A stretch of 64,000 nucleotides of DNA from Octopus sinensis (Eukaryota): the NCBI RefSeq assembly GCF_006345805.1, contig NC_043004.1, positions 60,946,001 to 61,010,000 of the forward strand. The letters are read 5' to 3'. Made by a program: the position numbers and the translations under genes. The notes below the pieces were generated by a model. That model ran no database searches. It worked only from the letters and a program-made list of their open reading frames with translations, and was not told where the DNA came from. Of the stretch, positions 1 through 13,615 are shown piece by piece (the stretch's first letter is position 1; each line of letters begins with the position of its first letter).

Positions 1-379
1 GCAACTATGTGGTTGGGAAGCAAGCTTCTTACCACACAGCCGCTCCTGCGCTTGTTTACAAAATAAATATAAAATTTAAAAAAAATTTGTCAACTTTTAT
101 TATATTCATTATATTTATTGTTTCTGGTATAAATTAATATTACTATGAAATATTACCGGTCCCTGGCATATTTGAAAAAAAAAAACAACTTCCGGTACAC
201 CACATCAGATAGTTTAAGAAGCACTGTTATAGGAAACATACTAGCTTCAATTGATGAGGAGGTCTATAAGTAAAAGGGAAGAGGATATTTTTCCACAGCA
301 TACATTTGAATATACAGTATACATAATATCCTTAAAGAAGCATTGGAATGCAGCATATGATACAATAAAGCAAAGCATA

Positions 380-771
380 TCTTTATATATAAAAGTGAAG
401 TAGTGTGTTTGTCTCCTACGATTTAGATTCCTAACTACTCCCACATTTTGCGGTGCAGTGTAACCAAAAGCGGGTATCTTATAGTCGTGATTCATATCGA
501 GCCCTTCTGGGTATTAGCGCGCGTCTACGATGAGTCTACGATTTAAAAAAAAAATTTACCATTAATTTTTCCCATTTTTAATGCATTTTTTTGCTATTAT
601 ATAAGGGAAGTAACTCTCTAAAATTTATTAAATCTCAGAACGTAAAAAGCTACAGTAACATCCCCTTTTGTGGTTAGCCATATTCAGATGGCTATTATAC
701 TTTACATCTCTAAAAATGCTTATATAGTTATTTCCCTTACAAACCCGAGCAACGCCGGGCGATACTGCTAG
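380..771 (+). mobile_element. Non-autonomous Helitron-like element (~392 bp), copy 1
   Basis: Begins a|TCTTTATATATAAAA and ends in the hairpin cccgagcaacgccggg followed by ...tgCTAG|t. Sits between A and T with no TSD. Near-identical to 6294-6686 and 30519-30917. Confidence 0.8.
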
Positions 772-1829
772 TAGTATATATACGTAAAAAAGCCCGAGGA
801 TATAATTGAAATAGAAATATAAAAGATATGTTTTATTCTAAGTAAAGTAGCCTCGTAAAGCACATCTTTCCTTCTTCACTGCTTGCGGATGACTGAAGCT
901 ACAGTGATGCGTGCACGTCTCTGTGTAGCTAAAGTAGTCTAAAATTTGCCAGATGCTCATTTTCCAAAATTACATCTATTATTCTGTTTTGTCTTTTTAT
1001 GTCCTTTTTTTTTAGTATGGAAATTAATAATAATAAAATAAACACAAGAATAAAATTCAGGCATAACGGTAAAATGCCATAATCGAGTTATTGAAGAAAC
1101 GGTACGTAACAGGATTATTATTATTATTATGTTTTTTTTTTTGTTTTTCTTTTTGTAATTTTTGAAATAAGGTAAAAATTGATCAATTTTGTCAAATAAA
1201 TGCGATATTCTTTCTTTAGGGGAAATAATTTAAATAAATTTCTGCGGAGTTAAGTCCCTTTATTTTCCCAAATTACTGTTTCTGCACCTTCGTGCAAGTA
1301 TACGAAGGTGCACAACTATTATTTAGATTGTTTTCGCATATTTATTTCGTGTAAATGCTGCCGGTGAGTTTATGGACCTGTATGTTGGACTGCGTTTACT
1401 CCAGTGTACTTGTACGTTTCTTCATCTGTAAACTGTGTGTACGTGTGCTTATTAAGGTCGCTCTTTTTTAATATTGGCGACACTACAGGTGAATATTTGG
1501 TTAGTCCTAATGAAGACTAGATTAAAAGAAAAAGAAAAAAAAAAAGAAAGTGGAAAGTGTAAAAAGTTAAATTATCGGAAAAAAAATTATCTTTTCCTTT
1601 AGAAAAAAACTATATGTGAAATCAAAAACCAACCACAGAAAGCTCAACAATACTTCAGCAAGGAAACAAAGAGAAGGAAATAGGAATTTAAGTAAGGAAA
1701 GAAACGGGGACATTATTAACAATGGCGTTGCCGCGGAGAAATGCCAGCAGCACCAGTTATTATAACAAAACTCTTATTTGTTACGCTTATTTTTGTTCCA
1801 TCTAACTTTAAATATTGTGCTGTTGTTGT

Positions 1830-1965
1830 CTTCTTCTTCTTCTTCTTCTTCTTCTTCTTCTTCTTCTTCTTCTTCTTCTTCTTCTTCTTCTTCTTCTTCT
1901 TCTTCTTCTTCTTCTTCTTCTTCTTCTTCTTCTTCTTCTTCTTCTTCTTCTTCTTCTTCTTCTTC
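1830..1965. repeat. (CTT)n microsatellite, ~45 units
   Basis: Perfect trinucleotide run; source of the poly-K/F/S/L ORFs. Confidence 0.97.
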
Positions 1966-2253
1966 CTCCTCCAGTCTGGACTCACGCCATTAGCCACAGA
2001 GAATAATTTCTAATTCGAGCCTACACTAAGCTACTAAGAATGCATGTGGGAACTTGAAGATCCACCCACCACACGCGATAAACTGGCGGTTGTACGGGCG
2101 TGATAGCTACGTTGTTATCCTCATTCCGTAAACGGTGGCTTTTAACGGGTGGAGAGCTGAACCATCCTGGGGTACTGAGGATTCTCAATCTAGACTTGGT
2201 TCTGAAAGTTTACCACACCATAGTGGTTTACACCATGGTTCCTCTGTTTTGTG

Positions 2254-2454
2254 ACAGAAGTAGGAAGAAAGAGTGAGAGAAAGTTGTGGTGAAAGAGTAC
2301 AAGGGGGTTCACCATCACCAACACCCCCGCCGGGGCCTCGTGGAGCTTAGGTGTTTTTGTTCAATAAACACTCACAATGCCCGGTCTGGGAATCGAAACT
2401 GTGTTCTTACGACCGCGAGACCGCTGCCCTAACCACTGGGTCATTGCGCTTCCA
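2254..2454 (-). mobile_element. tRNA-derived SINE family A, 5' half
   Basis: Reverse complement of the head and body of 2735-3115. Confidence 0.8.
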
Positions 2455-2734
2455 CTCTGCTGTTGTTCTCTTTGCTTCCCAAGATCTTTTCCAACCCTCA
2501 CTCAACTGTTTCTCCTTTTCCGTTCTCTACTCACAATTTCCATCTTGACTCCATCTACTTTCTTTCTTACATTCTTTTTTCCACACTTCCATGTGTTCAC
2601 ATCGTATTTCACTCAGGTATCGCATCTCTGATCATTACTTGTCATTTCTCACACAGTCTCTAGTAAACAATTTATTTACGAATAATTGTACCAATTAAGC
2701 ACTGGAGTAGGTATCAGTGACTCCTTTTTAGCGT

Positions 2735-3115
2735 GGAGGCGCAATGGCCCAGTGGTTAGGGCAGCGGACTCGCGGTCGTAGGATCGCGGTTTCGATTCCC
2801 AGACAGGGCGTTGTGAGTGTTTATTGAGCGAAAACACCTAAAGCTCCACGAGGCTCCGGCAGGGGATGGTGGTGATCCCTGCTGTACTCTTTCACCACAA
2901 CTTTCTCTCACTCTTACTTCCTTTTTCTGTTGTACCTGTATTTCAAAGGGCCGGCCTTGTCACTCTTTGTGTCACGCTGAATATCCCCGAGAACTACGTT
3001 AAGGTTACACGTGTCTGTGGAGTGCTCAGCCACTTACACGTTAATTTCACGAGCAGGCGGTTCCGTTGATCGGATCAACCGGAACCCTCGTCGTCGTAAC
3101 CGACGGAGTGCTTCC
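2735..3115 (+). mobile_element. tRNA-derived SINE family A, full length
   Basis: Pol III A-box (tggcccagtgg) and B-box (ggtttcgattccc). Near-identical copies at 32101-32480 (-) and 49317-49697 (+). Confidence 0.88.
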
Positions 3116-4420
3116 CATTTTAGCATTTTGGCAAAATTTGAAACCAAGATTTTCTGTGTTCTGAGTAAGATATTAAGATATCTCTGCATCTTGTTATGAG
3201 GTTCCTGCTCGAGTCTTCAAAAGTCCTGATTATGAAGTTACGTCTTAGTCACTACTACTCCCACGTCCGATGTAGCCTGGGGTGGCAGTACCACTCCAGA
3301 GACCCATTTATGGGTTAAATAACAGAAGATGGCGGCCCTGTTGATTAGGTATACAATACTTGGAGTAGGCCTGGCTCCTAGGCATATATCACACAGTGCC
3401 ATAGGTGTATGTATGGACAGCTTGTTTTCTTCTTAAGTGTTAAATAGGCTTTGTGCCTCGAAGGTAAGCTTGGAAGAGCAGAAGAATAGCAGAGTTAACT
3501 CTAAATAAACAGGCAGAAAGTAGTGAAAACTCAGTTTTGCATCCTCTGATTTTCCTAATCAGATATCTTCATATTTTAGTGTAAAAATCCATGATCTCCG
3601 ATTCTCCTGAGTACAGCACACAAAACGAATTTTCTAGTAGCATTCTGGACGTTCAACTTTCTTTGCTAGCCACTTTCTTCGATACCTTCTGAGTGCGTTT
3701 TAAGAAAGCACTAGCTTACTCTACAATCTTGCCTGAGACATCGGTTCCCTTTTCTTCTAATTCTTGTTTCGTCCTCATCGTGCTTTAGATTATTGATCCT
3801 CCAACATCACATTTCTCTCGATTCTGCCAACCTTATTCTCCACATTTTACTTTCGCTTTAGTCACATCATCATTTTAACTCCTGAATTTCCCAAATCCCT
3901 TTCTCAAATACATACCCGAACACTTAGCTCTTGTGAGGAGTGGGGTGTATGATATTTGTAGTGGTATCATATGCACCATTTTTTCCGGGGGTGTAGATAT
4001 ATATAACTGTGTTCGTTGATCTGAATTTTTTCAGTAAATGATAAATTCGTAGGGTTTTTTTATGTTAGCGTGCGATGTGTAATGAGTGTGTAATGTGTGT
4101 GTGAGGTATCTGTATAAGTGTGAAAGTACTATTTGTGTGCAGGGTTAAGTGTTGGGGGTGGTGTCCTCCTTATAGGGATGTGCTTGTGTGTACATGGGTG
4201 CATTGGTGTGTGCTTTGATCAAACTCTTTTTGGCGGGCCCGGGGGCATTGGTGGAAGGCCGTTGACGGAAGGTCGAAGCAGGGGTCCTGGTGTTGCAGTC
4301 ATGTTGGAACGCGCAGGTACGAGAAGATGTACTTCCTTTTATGCGGGCAATGATTAAACATCCCACTCCTGCTATTCATGTATGCATACGTATATATATA
4401 AATAAATATATATGTTACCT

Positions 4421-4465
<45 letters not shown>

Positions 4466-4472
4466 ATATATA

Positions 4473-4511
<39 letters not shown>

Positions 4512-4565
4512 CTACATACATATATACATACATACTACATACATACATACATACATACATACGTA

Positions 4566-4619
<54 letters not shown>

Positions 4620-5254
4620 TATATATAGTACATACATACATACATATACCATATATATCATACATATATATATATATATATACACATACACACACACACA
4701 CACACACATACACACACACACACATATATATATATATAAACATACATGTTTCTTTATGCGGTCAAATACGCCCGTAAGTGTATATATATATTTATGTGTA
4801 TGTATGTTTGTATTTATCTTTATGTGCTTGTGTATTTGTGTGTCAACCTCTATGTATACACATGTACGTTTGTGGGTATATTTATATACACGTATAGTAG
4901 GACAGTCTCCCCAATATCTCAAATATAATTTGAGAATGGAAACATTGATGCGTTTGTTAAATCAATCCTGATATATATATTATTTGATATTTTGTACCTG
5001 TTTAAACGCTTCTGTATCTGTGAGTGTGTGATGAACAATTTCTCTTTGCAACCATGTTGTTTGGGTGTCTTGGGCAAGTGATTTCTATAATACCTTCGTG
5101 GCGACTAATGGCTTTGTAAGTGAAATTAGTTAATGGAAACTGTGGAAGTCCGTCGCTTAGAAACAAGCGTACACATGCGCGCGCTCATATACATATATTT
5201 ATGTGTGTATTTATACTTTTATTCTTTTATGTATGTACATATATATATATATAT

Positions 5255-5406
5255 GCTGTGTGGTAAGTAGCTTGTTTACCAACCACATGGTTCCGGGTTC
5301 ACTCCCACTGCGTGGCACCTTGGGCAAGTGTCTTCTACTATAGCCTCGGGCCGACCAAAGCCTTGTGAGTGGATTTGGTAGACGGAAACTGAAAGAAGCC
5401 CGTCGT
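5255..5406 (+). mobile_element. SINE family B, 5' part
   Basis: gctgtgtggtaagtagcttg...ccttgggcaag...gacggaaactgaaagaagcccgtcg; many copies in the window. Confidence 0.8.
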
Positions 5407-5407
5407 A

Positions 5408-5456
<49 letters not shown>

Positions 5457-6059
5457 TATATATGCGTGTGTGTGTTTGTGTGTCTATATGCATACACACA
5501 CACATACACACGCACACACAACTACACGCCATGTGAACGCACGTACATACACACACACACACACAAATGAACCCACACATACATCCCATACACACAGCAC
5601 ACACGCACACAATTATACATACATGTATACACACATACGTACATATAAGCACACACGCACACATACACAAAGTAAAGCACAGTTATTCGCCACACACAAA
5701 CTCTACCCAAACACACACGAGCACACACATACATACACACACACACTACAAACAAAACACACACATAATACATATACATACACGCACGCACACACACACA
5801 CACATACTTCAAACTACCAGTACCGTTCACTGACCATTCTTCCACATGGTTAGACGCAAGAGCCACTCCTAATTCATTCTTCCTTGACCTTAAACAATAC
5901 TAAGTCCTACCACACACATAGATTAACAGCCACAATCACACACGCACACACACACACACACACACGCACACGCAGACCTGCGCGCACGCACATATCCACA
6001 CTTACACACACATACCTCCTCTTGCACTCTCCTGTCTTTGAAAGAACTTTTTCTTCACC

Positions 6060-6293
6060 AATTCCCTTCCGGTCATTGAAAATGTGACGGCGTGTGTACC
6101 GTTGGCGAATGTTTTCCTCCGTCTTCCCTTCGTTGGATCTTTCCTTTTCCTATGTTTCTGACGAAGAGCTCCGCTCGAAACTTTAAACCCTCCTTCTTTC
6201 CTTCTTTCCTGAGCGTCCAATAATACTATACTTGTTCCACGTCCTCGCGTTGTTGTGTTTTCTCTTTGTGTTTTCATGTTTGGATTAACTATA
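6060..6293 (+). mobile_element. Penelope-like element 3' end / pLTR fragment
   Basis: Pyrimidine-rich tail with a minimal hammerhead at 6154-6188. A related degenerate copy lies on the minus strand near 59168-59340. Confidence 0.55.
6154..6188 (+). ncRNA. Minimal type I hammerhead ribozyme (stem III degenerate)
   Basis: gttt-CTGACGA-agagc tcc gctc-GAAA-cttt-aaac: stem I gttt/aaac, stem II gagc/gctc. Confidence 0.6.
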
Positions 6294-6685
6294 TCTTTAT
6301 ATATAAAAGAGAGGTTGTGTGCTGTCTGTCTCCTACGATTTAGATTCCTAACTACTCCCACATTTTGCGGTGCAGTTTAACCAAAACCGGGTATCTTATA
6401 GTCGTGATTCATATCGAGCCCTTCTGGGTATTAACGCGCGTCTACGATGAGTCTACGATTTAAAAAAAAAATAACATCAATTTTCCCCATTTTTAATGCA
6501 TTTTTGGCATATAAGGGAAGTAACTCTCTAAAAATTTATTATTAAATCTCAGAACGTAAAAAGCTACAGTAATCCCCCACCCTTTGTGGTTAGCCATATT
6601 GAGATGGCTATTATACTTTACATCTCTAAAATGCTTATATAGTTATTTCCCTTACAAACCCGAGCAACGCCGGGCGATAGTGCTA

Positions 6686-6686
<1 letters not shown>
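6294..6686 (+). mobile_element. Non-autonomous Helitron-like element, copy 2
   Basis: 5' TC, 3' hairpin plus CTAG, A|T insertion site; homologous to 380-771. Confidence 0.8.
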
Positions 6687-6727
<41 letters not shown>

Positions 6728-6971
6728 GTATATTTATATATATATATTATATATAGTATGTATATGTATATTTATATATATATATGTATATATATATATG
6801 TATATTTATATATATATATGTATATATATATGTATATGTATATATATAATATTATATATATATGTATATATGTAAATGTATATATATATGTATATATGTA
6901 AATGATATATATATATGTGTGTAATGTTTTATATAAATGTGTATATGTATATATATGTATATATGCATGTG

Positions 6972-7059
<88 letters not shown>

Positions 7060-7287
7060 CCGGAGTAAACACATAAATGTGAAACAAGGGGAAAAAAGAG
7101 TACTAAATACCAGTGGTAGAGTAATATACTTATTTAAAGCATCAGAAATTTCAACAAAACCTGTTACTCTGAGTTTCCCGTTGCCGTTTATCGGACAGTT
7201 TTTGCTAGCAAAAACTGTCCGATGAACGGCAACGGAAACTCAGAGTAACAGGTTTTGTTGAATTTTCTGCTACTTTAAATAAAGTTT
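7060..7287. mobile_element. Palindromic Penelope-like end insertion in (TA)n
   Basis: Inverted repeat ~7128-7285 centred on gctagc (7204-7209). Both flanks are TA-rich microsatellite, and each arm carries a hammerhead-like core. Confidence 0.75.
7215..7251 (+). ncRNA. Type I hammerhead-like motif with CCGAUGA core variant
   Basis: ctgt-CCGATGA-acg gcaa cg-GAAA-ctc a gag-TA-acag: stem I ctgt/acag, stem III ctc/gag, GUA site. A diverged copy lies near 58207-58243. Confidence 0.6.
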
Positions 7288-7304
7288 ATATATATACATA
7301 TATC

Positions 7305-7340
<36 letters not shown>

Positions 7341-7396
7341 GTGTGTGTATGTGTGCGTGTGTACGTATATATGTGTTAATATATATATATATATAT

Positions 7397-7456
<60 letters not shown>

Positions 7457-7514
7457 TATACATATATTATATATATATAACACACGCACACAGACACTCA
7501 CACACACATGCAAG

Positions 7515-8345
7515 TTCTTGCAGATAAATTGAGACAATTTTTAAGTTGCATAAAACTGGTTATAAATACTAAAATAATGGTAGCAGACAAATATAATTTC
7601 AATGTAACATTTATTACAACAACACCATTTCATCAATCAATGTGGCCGCCCTTTTGGGCAATTACTGCCTCCACACCTAATGATTTTTTTTGCAGCTGCT
7701 GCAACCCCTACTCTTTTGATTTCGCGTGTCGCACGCACGACACTGGTCTTCAAACTGTTGACACTTCAGTGTAGTGAAGTATTGGTCCTCACCCGAAGCA
7801 CCCTCCATAAAATGTAACCGAGAAGGTTTAGATCTGGAATATTACTGGGCCAGAGGTTGGCCCCCCACAAAGAAATGGCACCTTCTCACCAAGAAAGGCC
7901 TGTGTTACTTTTGGTGCATGGCATGGCGCAGAATCTTGGATAAGCACCACGTTGTCAAGCTTAAATTTCTGCTCCATCCAAGGTAACAAAGAGTTCGTCA
8001 GGATATCCAGATACTTCTTTTTGTCGATCTTCAAGCCAGACTCAATGAAGTGTGGATCCATGACACTTCCATCACTCGTTACGGATCCAAATACCATCAC
8101 AGAGGCAGGATTCTTAATCCCAAACACAGGTTTGGATGTTAGATGAGTTGTATGTAATCACTCGAGAATTTCTGCGATTTACCTCAGCGTCCACAGTGAA
8201 CTTCTCGCTCACAAACAAGACATTTTTCCTGCTCTTTGATGCTTGATGAATGACAGAAGCTTTGGGAATCTCTCGAGTATGATTGCTTTGGCCTTGGCTG
8301 TTAGGCGGTAACGGCGTCGTCGAACACATAGCTAGCAATGCCAAG
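7515..8345 (-). mobile_element. Decayed Tc1/mariner-superfamily transposon (maT/DD37D-like)
   Basis: Frameshifted transposase pieces: EKFTVDAEVNRRNSRVI and VMVFGSVTSDG...YLDIL...LLPWM...LIQDSAPCHA. Confidence 0.8.
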
Positions 8346-8446
8346 GTTCCTGTTCACACCTCTGGACACCGTGGAAGAGTACACATTGCGTTTCTTTGCG
8401 CTATATTGTTGTTTTACATACGAAATTATTTCCTTTATTCTTTCCT

Positions 8447-8487
<41 letters not shown>

Positions 8488-8493
<6 letters not shown>

Positions 8494-8728
8494 ACAAAAA
8501 TGGGACAAAACGCAAAACATCCAGGCAGTTAGGTGATACAAAAATGGGACAACAAAATATCCAGACAGACGATACAAGGAAAACAAGGACGGGTCATTCG
8601 GAGTTTTCGTTCCTCAGGCGAGTTCCAGATTATCTTTGCAATTTCGGTTATATTCGAGATTGCTCCAACCTGGCCAGTCCCAAGGAAAAAGCTAAGAGCA
8701 TTATATTCCTTGGAAGAAAGCAACGAAT
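8488..8728 (-). mobile_element. Probable Penelope-like 3'-end fragment within (TA)n
   Basis: Bounded by (TA)n on both sides, with an internal duplication (atacaaaaatgggacaa x2). Only a degenerate ctgagga...gaaa on the minus strand. Confidence 0.4.
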
Positions 8729-9244
8729 ATATATATATATATAAATGTGTGTGTGTGTGTGTATACATGTGTGTATGTATCACTATATCACCCAGAATAT
8801 CGGATATTGTTATACATCGCTGTATGTATGTTTATATATGCATATATTATTTGCATATTTACTTGTCCATATATTCATTCTTTCTTTTACCATCTTCCTC
8901 TTTTTGTTATTTCTTCCTATCTTGATGCATCTAGTCTGAGAACGGTGTTCTGATAAACAGAACAGTTCTAATTATGTGGGTAAATATAGCTTTTGAATTA
9001 ATTTAATTAAAATTATGTATCCTCATTATGTAATTGTAGATTTACTGATGTGTATGTTAATGGAGCAGCTGTTGAGTATTTATTAATTAAAATGTGAATT
9101 ATCTGAGAATTTATTTGTTTTTTCTGCTTTTCTATTAAACGCACACGCGCGAACACACACGTGCTAACACACATACATACACATACATGCACACAGATAT
9201 ACACACACATAACTAAAACACATACATTTGTCGTTTTCCGCAAT

Positions 9245-10512
9245 TTTTCTCAAAATAATATACAATTGGAAGCCAACAGTTATCGGCAATTCACCAAAAC
9301 TTCCTGTAGATAGGCCGCATCGTCTTCAGCGCCCTCGTGCCAAAAGGTTGTACAATTATGGTTAACAAACCGAGATTTTAAATTTCTCTCTCAAGTTTTC
9401 TTTCTTCTATTACTTAGTAAACATGGCTGCTACCATTGGCGGTGTGCTTCTTTCGTGTGAAGGTGTTAGGGGCTGAAATTCATCCCAAGCTTTTAGGACA
9501 ATACGGGGACAGCGGTCTACTGTGTAGAAATATGTATGACTGGATAGGGAAAGTTTAAAAATTGCCGGATAAGAGTGAAGCACGAAGAGGGGTCAGGATA
9601 CCCTTAAATCTCCACCACTGATGTGAAGAATCAAACAAGCTCGTATGATGGCTTTGGTGAACTGACTAGTGACCATCGATGAGGTGGCATGTTCTCTGTA
9701 AATTAGTCAGGGTCCTACATCTGAGATCATTCAATCAAGACAAGCTTCGCTTCCGTACAGTCTTTGAGATGGGTGCCAAGAGAGCTTACCGAAACTCATA
9801 AGCGCAATCGCGTGGAGATCTGCCACCATGGATTCAACTGATAATACAATAAAAACGAAAAGCTGTTTTTGGAGACAATAGCCACAAGAGACAAGACTTG
9901 AGTCCGGCACTTTCAGTCAGAATCCAAAAGGCAGAGTGTAGAGTGAAAACGAAACCCAGAATCGCCCACGACAAATAAATTCAAGTCTCAACCTTCCACA
10001 GAAAAAAGTGATACTGATCGTTTTGGGGGACGCAAAAGGGCCTAAACTGGAACAATACCTAAAAAAATATGCTTACATATGAAAGCCAACAAATTGAAAA
10101 CAATGATTCGTATCAAATGCCTAGGTCTATTTCCAAACCAAGTGTTAATATTGTACGGCAACACGTGCCCACATGCGGCCGTCCACATCGTTGAAACAAT
10201 TGAAAACTTTGGTTTCGAGGTGAAGGAATATTCTGTATGCAGTCCAGATTTCGATCCTTCTGACCACCACCTCTTTGAACCGCTCCAACATCTTTCACGA
10301 GGTAGTTGGTTTGCTACAGACGAAGAAGTGTAGGAAGCGACCAGCCGAAGACATTCTTCTCTGATGGGATAAGCAAACTTGTGGACTGCTGGAAGAGGGG
10401 CATCAAAAAACACAAGAGATGAGGTCGAAAAATAATGTAATTGTTCAACTCCTGCTTTTGTTTCAATAAATTACAGAAACAAGAGTGAGCTTAATTGTTG
10501 ACTTACCCTCTG
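9245..10512 (+). mobile_element. Decayed mariner (DD34D-type) transposon
   Basis: tgggtgccaagagagctt = WVPREL motif; CSPDFDPSDHHLF resembles YSPDLAPSDxHLF; TIR-like end ttaattgttgacttaccctc; many stops and frameshifts. Confidence 0.85.
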
Positions 10513-10616
10513 CACTCTCTATTGTATCTTTCTGCACCAAAAATGTATTGTGCATATACACATAAACTTGCCCCGCCTCTCTCTCAAACACACACACACG
10601 CACACGCACACGCACG

Positions 10617-10695
<79 letters not shown>

Positions 10696-11894
10696 ACATT
10701 ATTCAGATAATTAATTCCAAAACTAAAGATGAAAAGTGTTTTCATATTACATCTCTGCGGTTTCGAAAGGTTTGATCTCCAATAACTTTCAGGCATTTTA
10801 TTCCTAGATATGTTCATAAAATCCGAATTGGGTTCGAATTAGGAACCTTTAATTCTGAAACTAAAGTGTTTTTTATGCTGTTTAATTTATTTATTTTCAC
10901 CAGTAAACGCTACCATATTGATTTAATAACAGCACTGAGATTACAAATCGAGTTTCGGTAATCTGTATTAGAAGGAACAATGAATAAGATAAATGTGCGT
11001 AGAAACATTTTAACGAAGAATAGTTGAAGATAAATGGCGCAAGAAAAGAAATCATATACGGCTGTGGAAAGAAATTTCGATAATTGATAGAAACCACAAC
11101 GGAAATTAAGAAAAATCGAAGAATATATAGAGCGTGTTAAAAGATCAACAAGTCAGGTTTGCACTGACATCGGCTCGATAGGCAGCCTTTATTGAAAAAA
11201 CAGAAGTTAACCTCAAAATATATAGCATTAATTTTATATGAATCACTAGCCTTGTGCTATGATGTGGAACCCATTTCTTCTGCCTTGGCCCACAATATAT
11301 TTTTCATATCATCTATGGCCCACCTAGTATCGACTTAGTAAATCAAAAATATAATTTAACATAAAAAACAAAACAAAACACAAGTACATATCTGAAGGGT
11401 AAAAACATCAAATTATCTATATGCATAAAGGCGGCAAATTGGTTTAGTCACTAGTGTGTTGGATAGTTTTTCCTTGCGTTATTATTCCTACTCTTGTATG
11501 GTTTCAACCCAAATTGCACCGAAGCTGATCTTTCCTTTTATTCTTCTGATTGGGATCGAAAAAAGTACAAATCACAGCAGGTAGATTGGCAGAGCTGTTA
11601 GAACATCGAATCAGCTGCATAACGGTATTTCTTCATACTCTTTGAGTTCTGATTTCAAACCCCGTTGATATCTACGTGAGCAATAAACTTCACCCGGCGC
11701 GTAATTCAACACCACTACTTAACATTTTAGGTACTTTTTGCGGAGTTTACTCCGTTGTAAACATTCGGTTTGAGAATATATTTTCCCCCAATATCCCAAC
11801 AGATTTTGAGGCCTTTTAAAGGGCCTGGACATTAACTTCTTTTCTGGGTACATGATAAACAAAATCAAATTTCTCTTGTATATACAAATATTTA

Positions 11895-13085
11895 GCTGGA
11901 TGATAGGCCGGCTCCCAGAGGATTGGCAACTGGAGGTAATCGACAAGCTCCCAAATTGCAATAATTCGAAAGGGATTACGCTTCCATCTGTCCCCAGAAA
12001 AGTCTTCTGTACCGTCCTCTTAATACGGTTGCAACGGGCAGTGGATAAGAGACTCCGGAAAGAACAAGCCGGTTTTCGATGCGGATGGTCGTGCAATGAA
12101 CAAATCTTCACGTTGCGCAACATTATCGAACAAAGCCTGGAATATCAGCAACGGTAATCAATAATTTTTGTTCATTTTCTCAAGTCATTGGACAACGTAC
12201 ACCGGAGTTCGTTGTGGTGCAAGCATTTCGTCGAGGCCTTTCGGGGACTTTACTGCCAGTCTAAGTGCTGTGTTCGAACGAAGACGAGTTACACCGATTA
12301 CTTTGCCATTGAGACCGGTGTTCGGCAAGGGTGCATTCTATCCCCTCTCCTATTTCTTATGGCGATCGACTTCGTCATGCGAGGGGCGATGCGCCGACGC
12401 GGATTTGAGATTCCGTGGTGTGGGGTTGGAACGGGAGGCGGCCAAGACCGGACTCTGCATTAGTGCAAACAAGACGGAGAACTTGAGGATTGGATATGTC
12501 AATGAGAATAACAATGGCGTCACCTTGATTACTAGATAACACCAAATCGAAGAAGTCGATGTGTTCACCTATTTGGGCAGCGTCGTGGCCAACGACGGAG
12601 ACGCCGAACGCGACGTTGCTTGCCAGATTGGGAAGGCCTCGGTTGTCTTCCAAAGAGTCAAACCCATCTGAGCAGGCAGGGCGAGCTCCACCAAGACCAA
12701 AGTGCGCCTCTTCAACAGCATCGTCATACCATCGGTAATATACGCGGCGGAAACGTGGAAGACGTGAGCTAAGATCGCGCGAAGGCTCAATGTATTTCAG
12801 CTACAATGCCCCCGGCCGATACTGCGAATATCATACCAGGACACCATCACCAACGATGAGATACTTCGCCGAACTGATACCTGTCCACTCAATGACGTTG
12901 TCGCTGAGCATCGCTTGCGATTCGCAAGCCATATCCTCCGATTACCATCGTCGCGGCATGCGAAAACCGTTATTCTGTGGAAGCCACCGCATGGTAAGAG
13001 AAAACTTGGCGCCGCACGTTCATCTATGACCTTTTCATGAGATGAAGCTGAAATAGAAACCTTGTTGGAGAAGCCTTGCCGCCAG
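11895..13085 (+). mobile_element. RTE-clade LINE reverse-transcriptase fragment (degenerate)
   Basis: GITLPSVPRKVFCTVLLIRL...LRKEQAGFR...SCNEQIFTLRNIIEQS and TGVRQGCILSPLLF, spread over shifted frames. Confidence 0.9.
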
Positions 13086-13402
13086 AGCGTCACACAAACG
13101 CAGGAGAACCTAAAACCTAAGACTATATACAAATATAGGTCACTAAAAGTTTTTCATGACATACTTTGTGCTATGTGTCTCACCTTGTGCACCGTTGTTT
13201 TACTGCACAAAAGTGTTACTACTCCTATTTTAGAAATAAAAGTTCTTAGATTTCATCCCATGCCTGATACACATTAAGGAATATGATAACTGTCGACGAT
13301 AAGATATTAAATCAATCGTAGGTTAATGTCGATGTAAATTTTGAAACGTCGTTATAGATGGAGAGAGTTAATTGTTGGAATAAATATAATCTTGTTACTC
13401 TA

Positions 13403-13569
13403 CAGGTGTCGCTGTCTGGTAAAAAAATCTGTTTCTCAACCATGTGATTTAAGGTTCAGTCCCACTGTGTGACACCTTGAGCAAGTGTTTTCTATTATAG
13501 CCCTGTAGCATCGGTCCGATCAAAGCATTGTAAATGGATTTGGCAGACAGAAAATGAAAGAAGCCAGTT

Positions 13570-13615
<46 letters not shown>

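Noticed and set aside
2735-2810. tRNA gene
   Set aside because: The tRNA-like head continues into a multi-copy SINE body; no proper cloverleaf or terminator.
4372-5866. YI/HT/CV-rich ORFs here and throughout the window
   Set aside because: Translations of (TA)n and (CA)n microsatellites.
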